Assembly (NCBI RefSeq): GCF_008831285.2
Contig: NC_045138.2
Coordinates: 10,850,001 to 10,914,000, forward strand
Direction of reading: 5' to 3'
Length of the DNA stretch: 64,000 nt
Origin: Nymphaea colorata
Taxonomy: Eukaryota
This document shows positions 52,709 through 64,000 of this stretch, in pieces (the stretch's first letter is position 1; every line of letters begins with the position of its first letter). The translations under genes and the position numbers were made by a program. Under the pieces are notes generated by a model, which searched no databases, was not told the origin of the DNA, and saw only the letters and a list, made by a program, of their open reading frames with translations.

Positions 52709-54680
52709 TTAATCTTTCTTTCTTATGCTTTACACTTCATTCTTTATTTATTTATTTTTGTTTTTTTATATATGCAGCATATAGACTCTATAACATCTAG
52801 TCAATGTATCTAGTTCTATGTACGACAATAATTTTAAGACTAGTATTTTTTCCAAAGGCCAAAGTACTAAGATCACCTATATAGAATGAATTCAGCAGGA
52901 CAGGACAGTAAATGAGGCAAGTATTCAACAAACTATTTGCCATCATTGCAAGGTTTCTTTTTATTGTAACAGTAAAATGGGTACCACAGATTTGAAAAAA
53001 CCATCAAAACATGTCCTAAAATGCCTAACATAGAATTAGGCCAATAACGTCTCATAGTTAATAAAAATGATTAAAGATGGAAGAAGTTCTACTGGTACAT
53101 TTAAATTTGATGAAGAGAAAAACTGGCTTGATCTAGTTGATATGGATATTCTTCATGAGTACCCATTCTCCATAGTTAGTTATTTCACTTTTCAAAAGTT
53201 TGTCCAAGGCTTACAACCATAGTTCAAATTATTATTATGCAACACTATTAGAACAGATTGTATACATATTCACAAAATGAAATGACAAAGTTACATGATA
53301 TCTTAGGAAAAATTAATGGAAGAATTAGTCTCACAATAGACACATGAACTTCTTTTTGTTAGAACAGGTTATATGTATTTGATTGCACATTACATTGACG
53401 ATGATTGAGAGATACAAATTCTTAATTTTGTTATTGTTGAGACTCCTCACACACGACAAAAATTTGCATTGGTTATCAAAGCTTGTTTATTGAAATGGAA
53501 CATTAGTTGTAAGTTACTTTCAAATTACATGATTAGATAATTGTTTTACAAATGTCAATATAGTTATGACATTAATGAAGTAGCTTCCTTAAAAAAATGC
53601 ATTTGTTTATAATGGCAAGTTTTTTCAAGTTATGTGTTCTGCTCATATTGTTAGCTTAGTTGTGTAAGATGTTATAAATGAAATAAGTGGTGCAATAGAT
53701 AAGATCCGCGAAAGTATTAAATATATTAAAGTGTCTCAAACTCATTGTGAAATTTTTGATGCAGTACGTCATGTGAAAATTTCTTATAAAAAAAAGTTGA
53801 GTATTGATGTTTTAACTCAATGAAATTCAACATATCTTATGTTTGATGTAGCGTTGACATATAAAGATGTGTTTAGTCATTTTTAGAAACTTCATTGTCA
53901 CAGTATTTGACATCAAGTAAAGATGAGTGGAGGGAGGTTACTATTATTCATAACTGTCTAACAAAATTTTATGATACTACAAATATATCTCCCAACATCT
54001 TCCTTATGGCATATTGTAAAATAAATAGGAAAATTAACATAATGTGTTCAACTTCAAATATTCATTTTTCAAGCATGATGAATAGGATGAAGTAAAAGTT
54101 CAACAAGCATTGGGACATCTGCAATATAATTTTAGTAGTTGCAATGGTTTTTATTTTCATTATAAGATGAAAATGATTGAATATTATTATAAGCTATTTT
54201 ATGAAGATGAAACAAATTAGCGTTTACAATCAAAGACTATATTTGTGATCTTTGTGATGAGTACATGTCTAGTTATATTGTTAATGTTGATAAAGATAAT
54301 GATGCGTTTAACTTTGCTTTTTTAGTCGAGCTTTCTTTGCATAAGAAGCCTAGAACCAAACATTATATGATTTGCTTGAAGAACTTTCACAAGGTTAGCA
54401 CAAAAATCACATTTAGAGTTATATTTGAAGGAACATGTTTATCCAAAGAACAATCCAATTGATATTTTGACATAATGAAAAATCAATGCATCTAAATGCC
54501 ATGTATTATCTAACATGAGATGTGACATTTTGGCTATTCTTGTGTCAACAATTGCATCAATAATTAACATTTCGTACAAGGAGGGCACATTTTTTATTCA
54601 TATAAAAGTCGATTAGGTGTAAAGACCATGGAAGCTTTGATATGTGCACAAGATTGGTTGTATTATCAAATTGAAGGTAA
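52583..54680 (+). pseudogene. Degenerate hAT (Ac/RICESLEEPER-like) transposase
   Basis: Fragments: BED finger (LRSPI*NEF...AICHHCK...NGTTDLK), LHEYPFSIV, CLIAHYIDD, LDNC, CSAHIVSLVV, IDVLTQ*NSTYLMF, and the C-terminal dimerisation domain DILAILVSTIAS...SRLGVKTMEALICAQDWL. Many stops and frameshifts. Confidence 0.85.
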
Positions 54681-57600
54681 TAAGTTATACTGACGTTTTG
54701 AAGAACATAACTTTTTTATGCTTATTTACATGTTTTATTAGGTGATTCTGATTTGCTCAAACTTTTGCTTGAAGAGGTTGCACCAATTACATTGATATAT
54801 ATGTTGCAGCTGATTGATAAGCTAGAGGTATGTTTCTTTATATGATTGTATGCATTCTTTATAACAATGAAAACTTATATTTACATATGTCCAATGTATT
54901 CATTTAAGTAAATTTTATACACAATGAAGGTTTGTTTACTCATATTTATCTTGGACATGGTGCCAATATGATGAAAATATGATCCAAAATTTTGTGAAGA
55001 ACTTTATAGTTATTTTTTATTGTTATTTAGTCTTATCTAATATAGTGATAATTGTTATTATAAACTCTTTACTAATTTTTAGTTTAACATTTTCATTCTT
55101 TTAAAATAATAACAAATAATAGATTATATATTATATTACAATTTTTAGCTCCACCAATGTCAGTCCCAAGCACAGATGCAAAGGAGAAGTGATTTGCATT
55201 GTATTTATGTACTTGTATGGGTATTACTAGTACCATGTATATAAAAAGAACTTATTAGCGATTGATATGTTCCTTTTCCTTTTAAAAATTTTCCTTTTTC
55301 ATTGACAGTTTTTTGGATATCTAGGCTTTTGGATTTCACAGTTAAGTTTTAATCAAATTTTGGATTTTTTTACTTAGAATATCAATTCATATATTTAAAA
55401 TTTTGATTTAAAATTTTATTTATGAGTGAATTTAAAATCGGGTTCAGAACATGTTCACATTTTGAGTATAATTCAGATTTCGAATTTAAATGATCGATTC
55501 AAATAGGATTTAGATGTTAAATAAGAAAAATCGGATTTGGATCTCAAATGACAGATTTAGATCGGATTCATATGTCAAACTAAGAAAAAGGATTTGGATC
55601 AGAATTAGATTTTGAATTTAAAAACCAGATTTGGATTTGATCCATATGTCGAATTAAGAATCGGATTCGGATATGGTATAAGATTCTGTCCATTTGCATT
55701 TGAAACCAAATTTGAATATCTGAAAATCTGGATATGGTAAAAGGCATATCTAATTTGAATCTGATCCACTGACATTCCTATTCATTTGTCTCCCCAATGC
55801 ATGTGATACTTTTGCCCACACTTGTATTCATTATTGTTATTTTTTTTAGATTTTTTTCCCCTTCTTCCTTCCCTTAGAGGTTGTTTGATTGCTGTCTATT
55901 GAGACAAGACTCAGGGTTTCTAAGAGTTTGGCCAGCCTGAATTAGCATGGGCCACTTCTGGCATCTGCCAATGGCCACCAAAGATTGGCCGCACAGACAT
56001 GCCCGAATATAAACCCTATATATGTAGATATATGTGTGTGTCCTTTTTTATTTACTTAATTGTTTATTTAGTTCTGCAATGGCCAAGGGTTTACCCATTG
56101 CACCTTGAACGCATGGTTACAACAGGTTATTTCTTGAGCTCAGACACTATTACCATTATTACATTTCATTATCATTATATATTTCTTTTGTTAGTGAAAC
56201 TTCAGGGCCCACTAAAGATACTTTTAATGAAAACAAATAGGCAGAAGGGAATGAGGCACATTCAAACTAAGGAAATATAAAGACAACCATGAGATTAAAG
56301 GAGAGGACCAAATACTATAGCAGCAAGGTTCCCACCCCCTTTCTTTTTGGTTTTTTTTTTTTTTTTTCAAATGATACGGTTAAGCAGAGGGTGTCCTGCT
56401 GCCCTCTGCCATCAGGCTGAGATGTGGTGGCTGCCCCGATGCCATGTCCAAGCCATGAATGTACATTTCTCTATGTTCTTATGTATGTATATCTCTTAGA
56501 ACATGCACGACGATAGCATCTTAATGTTCTCGCAAATGGTGGTATGATGGCATGCAAAAAGAATGAAATTCCCAGCAAATAAAAGAAAAACATGGTAAGC
56601 AGCAGACATCACACACGCTATATCATACTCATCATACATGAATCAAGCATCTCATATCATATATACATGCTATTAAGATAACAAATACATCTATCACATA
56701 TGCACATTGTTAAAGTAACGAAGAAGCCAACATGTGTACATGAGATAAAACAAGGCATGCGACATACCGTCGAACTCAATTAAAATTTCAAAAGCACACA
56801 AACAATAATGAAGTTGATGTACATGATAAGTAATAGCACCGAAACTCAGAAGCAAACACCGAACAAAATTAACAAAGAATGGAAGAAGAAGTACAGCATA
56901 AAATTGTCTCCTCCAAACAACCAAAGCATTGCAACGGTCCACAAGCAATGCACCAGTCCACTAATACTTTAATATTTTTTTAATTATTAAAATTAATTAT
57001 CCTTTCATTTTCTTCATTTGTTATTATTTTTATTAATTCATTATGGCCTAGAAACGCAAGGGTTTACGTCCACTGCATATTGTTTCCCTCTTTCAGATGC
57101 CTATTGACATCTTCTCCTTATTCAAGTCTTATCTTCCAGAATTATAATGGGGTTGGCCAAGTGTGTAAATTTTTATGGTTCCTAGCATTTTTGAAGTTGA
57201 AATTGAAAATATTAGTGAATGCACTGAGATTCACCCAAGAGTATAAACCTAGTGTGAGAGTGGGCTGAGTTATTACAATTGTTATCAAAGCCACTTCAAC
57301 ACTCATGTCTAGGGTCCCACATGCATAAATACATGTACCTTAATGTCGGGGTGGAAGAGAAGTTTAGTCACATTAAAGATTGTGAAAGAATCTTCAAAGA
57401 CTTATAAAGAGGTTGGTTCAACAGTTAATTATCCTTATTCTTAACACCTTGGGTGCTGCAACCAAAGCTGCCAGGGACGGGGTTGAGACATGCCAAACTG
57501 GAAGTCTAAATCTAGTGTAAAAGCGAGCCAGGCTGTTATAAGCTATCATTTCATAATCCCCTAAAACTTGTGTAACTTTTTGAAGTTTTTAATAAGTATT

Positions 57601-58106
57601 TATTTTAGATCCTTTTATAGCTTAAAGTTAGAAGCTCACATGGCAAATTAGTACCTCATATCATTTATGAATGAAAAATTACAAATGCCACCCAACTTTT
57701 GGGAACTTTACAATTAACCACCCAACACTTCACATATTCATGCCTAACATGAATGCACTTTTGGTTAACAATAGTGGTCACAAGTATGCCTTTGCAAGAG
57801 GGTGCCAAAATTCTAGTGAACATTGAGTTGTCTATGACTTGTCTTTCACACACACTCCCTTTCTCTCTCTTTTTGAAGATTTTTTTCATGCACCACCAAA
57901 CAAACCATACCTAGCTATATTGTTCCTCCACTATACTGCTATTGAAATTGAATGTCCAGATTAATACAATAGAAATTGACCCTGGCTACAAATGAACAAG
58001 ACTGACAACAACCACTGCATGTCCACAAATATGCTCAAAATATTATTTTGTTAAGTGGAAAAGCAAATGCGGCTGAAGTTTAAGGAGGGATTTATATAGA
58101 ACATAA

Positions 58107-59159
58107 GGGGTCGTTTAACAACAGCAATACATTGTTACTATGCCATAAATCTGTCCCAGAGAATGATTCAGTGTTCGCATCCCCAAAATTTCTTTTGTTT
58201 TTTGGAGTGCTTAAAAAAATAAGTTTTTATTTAGAAAATAAAAGAGAAAGGGATTCGCCCGACGGTATGAGGATCGATCGTTCCCGGTGCCTTTACCGGG
58301 GATAATCAATCCAAGGGTTATGCTTATTCTTGATGCATTTCGTTTTGGTTTAAACATCTTTTTCATTCTATTTGCGGTGTAGTGTTTGAGAAAATGTCAA
58401 AGATTTGATGTTTCAAATTTTTGAGAAACTTTTGAAGAATCTTTTGAGATGGTAAAACATTTTTATTTGAGAAATTTTGAATTGAGAAATCTTTACAAAT
58501 ATTTGAAAAACTTTGGAGATCACTTTTGAAGTCACTTTAGTATTCTCTTAAGACGTTAAGTAGGTTTGATATTTTGCTCGAATTCGGTTACTTCATAGTT
58601 AGAGCTCTATCTCATATTGCTTAAGTTCTGTGAAGAGATGCTTGTGATCATAATTGATATTAAGTAAGTGTAAATGCATGAATACATTGATCCTATATGA
58701 TTATAAGAAAATAATTCATTCCTACCATAACATTCATCTAAGAGCATTCCTACCACCACATACATCTAAGTTTTTTGTTTTATAATTGTCATGAATATTT
58801 TTATGAAGAAAGAAAACTTTTTGAAAATGGAATGGGGATGTAGACCATCAAACATGAATCCAATAGTGGGTTAATATTTGAGCTTTGATTTGAGTGAAGT
58901 CGGTAAATAAAAGATAAAAACCTTCGATCATGAGAGGAAAATGTTTAAAGAAAATGGAAAAAGGAAAAATTTGATCACCAGAAAAGTATGGGAAAGGAGA
59001 GAGAAAAAGATATTGAAAATCACAAAATCAAAGATTTAAAAAAAAAAAAAGAGAAATGCACATATACGTGTACATACTATCACACATATACACATATGAA
59101 AGTTAATAAAAAGAGGACATTGATTCGAAGAGCAAGAAATATTTTAGAGGAAAAGAAAT

Positions 59160-59192
<33 letters not shown>

Positions 59193-61326
59193 AGAAGACA
59201 TTTAACTTAAAGAGAAAAATAAAAGATTTTAGAAAAAAAAATAAAACACATATATATGTGTATTCATGTGTATATGAAAATTTATAAAATAAAATGTAAA
59301 AACATAGAAAGAGAATGATAAAGAACATAATCATGTGCACATATACGTAAATAACATGTACATACGTATGTGTCTTTATGAAATTAAAAATCAAGAAATG
59401 ACTTAAAATATAAAATTAATCAACTATGCATGAATAATATCTCAAAACAAAACAGCATTCAACAACAAAAGAACATGTTTCAATCATATAATGAAATATC
59501 ATCTCATCTTCTCATGCTCCCGGTATAGCTTCTTGACTCTAAAAAAAAAAAAAAGAGATTTGACAGCTATCTCATATGCCCATGGGGAGACGAAGAAGAG
59601 AGAAAATAAAAAAAAAAAAATGGAATGAGATTTGGTCACATACCCCTAATGAGAGGAATTCTTACTTCGGAAGATCTTAAAGCGGTCCCCCGTGACTAGA
59701 TATTATCGAAAAAGCAGCACCGTTCGTCCGGAGATGCCAAGGAGAGACAGCAACAAGGTCGGGCGAAGTGGGGGACGTTGTTGCAGCCAAGACTGTAAGT
59801 GCTGCGTTTTGAGCCTGCCCTGCAGACAGGGGCAGCTTCACAGCCCTACAAAATTCTGCTTCCAGCTAGGATTTGCTCGTTCTATAGCTTGTTGGAACCG
59901 CAAGAAAACCAAGAAGAGAGAGAGCCCACTCTTGCGAATACACGACAATGGGATCCGAAGATATGGCCCGTTGAGCAGAGCTGTATCCTGCTATAGTAGG
60001 GATGACAACCACAGGAACAGGCGACAGGAAAACTTGCTATTCCGGCCGACTCCGGCCACTTCTCCAACGAGCTCCGGTCCGATGGAACCGTAACACACTG
60101 GCGGTGCAATCTGTGCAATATGACGGTGATTGGTTGCTGAAGGTGACAGCGCCACCCAGATGATCAGCCGCTGGAGGTGGAACTCTCTGCCTCGTGCGAA
60201 TAGGGGAAGGGTTCTGTAGGAAGCAGACCAGTGGCAGGAGATCTGATGATTCGAGCAGGTAGAAGCCACGACACCGGTCAATCTTGGGCTCGTCAGAACC
60301 ACAGGAAAATGAGGAACTGACCTGAGCACTTTGGTGGCATTTGGGCATTGGTGGTAACCATGGCATCGGTTTGAACAGAGCTATCGGGATACTCTGTTTT
60401 AGAGCAAGGGCAGCTGAAGATCAAGAGATTCCGACTGACAGAGCTTTGTAACTTTTTAAGATGATCAAACGCTGCTCTTTCTTCATCGATGGGGGTTTAA
60501 GTAGAGAAGGGAGATTCACCCACTTGTTGCTGCCCGTTGGAGAGAGAATGAGATAACACCTTGATCGAATGATTGCAGTCCACCGGTTGTTCACGCCCTC
60601 CATCGGGAATCTCCTTGCCACTGCACGCTGGTCATTCACGCCGTGCATTGGAAATCCACACTGTTGCCTGCTGATCGCCTACCAAGCCTCCTCACCTGTA
60701 GAGTGTTGTATACTCGACGCCGTCCGCTCCCTCGCTCTTTCTGCTTTGGTATTGGAACTTTGCCCGATCGATGTTAATCACCCGACGGTGTTAGATGGAA
60801 AGCACCGTCTGACGGAATCTCGTGCAGTCGCCCGGGGAAACTGCTCGCCTGCTGGCAGAATCTCGTGCAGTCGCCTGAAGCAGCAGAGGCGGTGGAAGCT
60901 GTTGCATGCGATCTTCCTTGCGCATGGGAGTCGAACGGTCAGACCTGGTTTGGTCGACCGTCCCATGCCGTTGACTCGGTGGTCTCATCCCAATTCACTA
61001 AGAAACCAGGTGATACAAAACTATAAGATCGGGTCAGGGTTTATTCTCGACCCATATACACTGGTCCAACCCAAAAGAAGTGTAGGTCGGGGTTCTAGAT
61101 TTAAATTTGGCATCTAAGGTTGAGTTTCGAATTTGTGTTAGGTAAAAAAGCATGGGTTTGAATTTTTATTTTGGATCGAATAATTGTTAACTTGTTTTGG
61201 ATCTAGGTTTTAAATCCAAAAATGAACTACAGTTTTTCTTTTTGAAAAATTAGGGGTCATAACATTCAGTTTTATGAAATATTTTTAGGACGGATTCACA
61301 AAACCATAACAATGTGAAATAACCCT
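58107..61326. mobile_element. Small Tourist/Harbinger-type MITE (~120 bp) split by a solo LTR
   Basis: Termini GGGGTCGTTTAACA / TGTGAAATAACCCT are imperfect inverted repeats, flanked by TAA/TAA. Confidence 0.65.
58172..61264 (-). mobile_element. Solo LTR (3093 bp), probably from a large gypsy element (Ogre/Tat- or Tekay-like)
   Basis: TGTTCGCATCCCC...GGGGTCATAACA termini (TG...CA with inverted ends) and a perfect 5-bp TSD TTCAG/TTCAG (58167-58171, 61265-61269). No internal PBS, PPT or pol domains. Strand is inferred. Confidence 0.8.
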
Positions 61327-62242
61327 TAAAAGTATCACGCAATTTTAAAAGTTGTACATTTTCAAATGAAACCTCTTTTATAAATTTTGAAGAGGCATAA
61401 AACCCTTCACCACTTTTGAACAACTTTTCAACTTTTACATGTGTCCTTTTACATTAGTTACCGATTTTGAGCCTTAATTTCCGAACTAACTAAAAAGTAT
61501 AAGTTACTGATTTAATAGCTCCTTCTCTCTTCCTACATGCACTAGTGGTGCTAATTTCCTACTAATTTCATAAAAAACTTGCGAATGCCATAATAAACCC
61601 TTCGCCGAAGAACCAGCCATTTGAAATTTTTTTATATGTTTGTCAAATAAAGATACACAAGAGGGAAAAAAAATCTCTTTATTACCACTTAACAATAACC
61701 TAGAACCTCATTATCTCCTCCATACTAATAACCAAACACTCTTTTTATTTATTCAAGTAAAATCAATCCCATAAAAAGATGGGATCATCGCTGTTCGTCA
61801 CTATTATTAAGGTCTTTGTAAAAGATTATAAAAAAATAACAATAATTAAATAAGAAAATTTACAAGGAAATGTAGAAGCTGCTGAAGCAACATCGCTATC
61901 AGAAAGGGGAATAAGGAGAAAGGGTTGCAACCTCATCTCCGGCCAAATAATTGAGAAAAATATGAAGAAGCGACAGCAACCTCAGGTCTGAAGAAAAAAG
62001 GGGTAGTCGCATTAAAACATGCAAAGCTCGAGCGGTGATTTGTAATTTCCAAGCGATACGGACACGAAACGGATACTGACACCGCTACAACTGTTACCTC
62101 GAAATTTCGCGGGCTCGTGCGGTGAATTTTCTGGCGCCAGGGAGCCGAGGAACTAGAAGGCTTCGGCAACTTTGGTTCCTTGCCGTCCTCCTCTTCTTCG
62201 TTCGGCTGGAAGTAAATGCACAAATCTATTGAGGGTCCGAAG

Positions 62243-63753
62243 ATGGATGTCGGTTGTGCAGCCATCCCACCTGAACAGGATCCCCAAAATCTGAAGCCTG
62301 ACGGAGATAGGATGGACGAACATCGCCCTAGAAGGACGCTTCTCAAAACCCACAAGCCTAATTGGAAAGACAAGGTAAAACCCTCTCTTTCTCCCCCTCT
62401 GGTAATGCAGGAACATATATTTCGTTTTTCATTTGATTCTTTTGTAGAGCAACCTTGCTAGTTGAAGAACTTGATTGAATGATTTGCAGCTTCGAGAGAA
62501 TTGTTTGAGGAGGGTTCGGCGTGATCGAGAAAGGTTGCTTTGGAGGTTCCGGCACAATGAGCAACTAAGTCAGGTGATTCCACCGGTTCGAAAATTCCGC
62601 GAAAGAGTGATTTGTCGCTTCATGTAGAATAAGGAGGCCATTTGTTTCTCTCAAACAGAGGAATAGCGATGTCCTTGATTTCCAATACAATCTGCTTTAC
62701 ATGTGAATCATGAACTGGTAGGGGAAAATTTATTCGACGAGAAGGTGTTTACATGCTTTCATTCAATCAGGAATCTGTAGGATATGGCACAATTACGGAT
62801 TGTTCGCCAATGGATGCTTTCATGTTGTCTAACTTTTCTAGACAAGCAGAACTACGGGACTCTTGTTGACGTTCAGTTAAAACTGGTATTCTTATTCATC
62901 GTAAACGAGTCCACATGGAAGTTGACTTCTGTCATTTTCCAAGAAGCCATTCATGCTAGTAACTGCTGATAGCAGTCAAACGACCATGTTAGATCCGTGT
63001 GGCTGAATAATTAGTGGCCTCATGATGCTAGAGGAATTGCAGGAATAGTTTGATGATGACAAATGGTTAGTGCACATAATTTTGCAATTTCCATTCTTCA
63101 AGATGCATTTGATATTGGGATCGAAGGAGCTAGCAATATGTTATCTCATTTCAGTTTCAATTATTCCTTGTGACGATCAAGGGAATTGTGCTTTCTGCAT
63201 GTTCTGTAGTTCATCCTCTTTCTGTTTGTCTGATGCAGAATCGTGGAATATCATGACCAATTAGAGAATTGCAAACCAGGGACTTGTATATTGATGTATT
63301 TAAGCACAAAAATAAGAATCTTTCTGTATGCTAGATCAAGAAAATTTCTTTCTTGTCATATTTTTGAATCATAGGCCTGCCTTGCTGGATATTCCTACCT
63401 TAATTTGCTATAAGAAACATTTCCATTCTCAGATATATACATAATCCAGTATCAGTAAGAATGAGTGCCATGGTTTCTCTTGCAGATGTCCTAACAACTT
63501 GCATGCCAATATATTTGATAGGACATGGTCACATCAGCTTTTAGAGACATAGTCTGCGATGAATACCAAAAAATCAGACAGTCTACTTTTGGCATCTCTG
63601 ATAAAATTTCAGAGACCAGTGGTGATGATCCATTGTGGGAATTCAATAGTCTAGATGTGATTTGTGAGTCAAACGAAAGGGAATATATAGAATTGATGAC
63701 TGAGATGGAAAGGCTTCTTCATGAAGATATTGCTGCTCAGGTTATCAAAAGAG
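62243..63753 (+). CDS. RPA-interacting protein (RIP/RPAIN family), exons 1-3; the gene continues past the window end
   Basis: Exons 62243-62374, 62490-62573 and 63522-63753 (GT-AG, phases 0/0/1) give ...RPRRTLLKTHKPNWKDK/LRENCLRRVRRDRERLLWRFR.../DMVTSAFRDIVCDEYQKI...DDPLWEF...EYIELMTEMERLLHED, matching the recalled RPA-interacting N-terminal and middle domains. The start could instead be the in-frame ATG at 62216 or the MDEH ATG at ~62310. Confidence 0.85.
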
Positions 63754-64000
63754 GTAAATAAATCATTCTTGATCACCAATCCATTTTTGCTTTTGGTGTA
63801 TTCTAATTTTGGCAACTCCAATACCACTTTCTTTTTATCCTTTTCATCTACAGGTACTTGATATCTGCTAATTATTTCAATAATTTTCACATATTTGTTT
63901 CTGCTAACAAGTTTGGAAATTTTGAACTTGTATCCAGCAAATGCAAGTAACTGCTGGAGCACATGAAATGTTCATGTCATGATAATCTTCTATATGCTTG

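Larger units (their letters stand above)
49840..55780 (+). mobile_element. Decayed hAT DNA transposon; 3' end defined, 5' end approximate
   Basis: The transposase remnant is followed by TCGGATTTGGAT-type subterminal repeats (55430-55770) and a terminal TGACATTCCTA (reverse complement TAGGAATGTCA, Ac-like TIR) ending at 55780. No matching 5' TIR or TSD was found. Confidence 0.65.

Noticed and set aside
57300..57545. Possible small solo LTR or TRIM fragment
   Set aside because: No clear TG...CA termini, TSD or partner LTR could be fixed.
59692..61117. Several overlapping 60-180 aa ORFs
   Set aside because: They lie in the GC-rich core of a solo LTR, overlap on both strands, and have no recognisable motif.

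Overview
This is plant nuclear genomic DNA: AT-rich, with GT-AG introns and many (TA)n/(GA)n microsatellites. It holds three spliced host genes: a SOSEKI/DUF966 gene (- strand, ~804-5040), a chloroplast-targeted PLAT/LH2-like membrane protein gene (- strand, 16358-22321), and the first three exons of an RPA-interacting protein gene (+ strand, 62243 to past the window end). The rest is mostly transposable elements: a decayed Ty3/gypsy chromovirus (~7.5-11.3 kb), several MITEs, a second Ale-like copia on the - strand (39923-45451), a decayed hAT transposon with a triplicated ~515-bp 5' unit, and a 3.1-kb solo LTR inside a Tourist MITE. There is also a nested stack at 24661-38771: an old Tork/Tnt1-like copia contains a non-autonomous PIF/Harbinger element, which contains a young Ale-like copia, and a hAT element sits in the old copia's 3' LTR. 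The most unusual item is the Harbinger element's cargo. It has no transposase but carries the 3' end of an OBERON gene inserted into an exon of a second, unidentified captured gene. The OBERON segment is bounded by an exact 13-bp direct repeat, and the two fragments splice in frame. Family assignments come from recognising motifs by eye; no database search was run.
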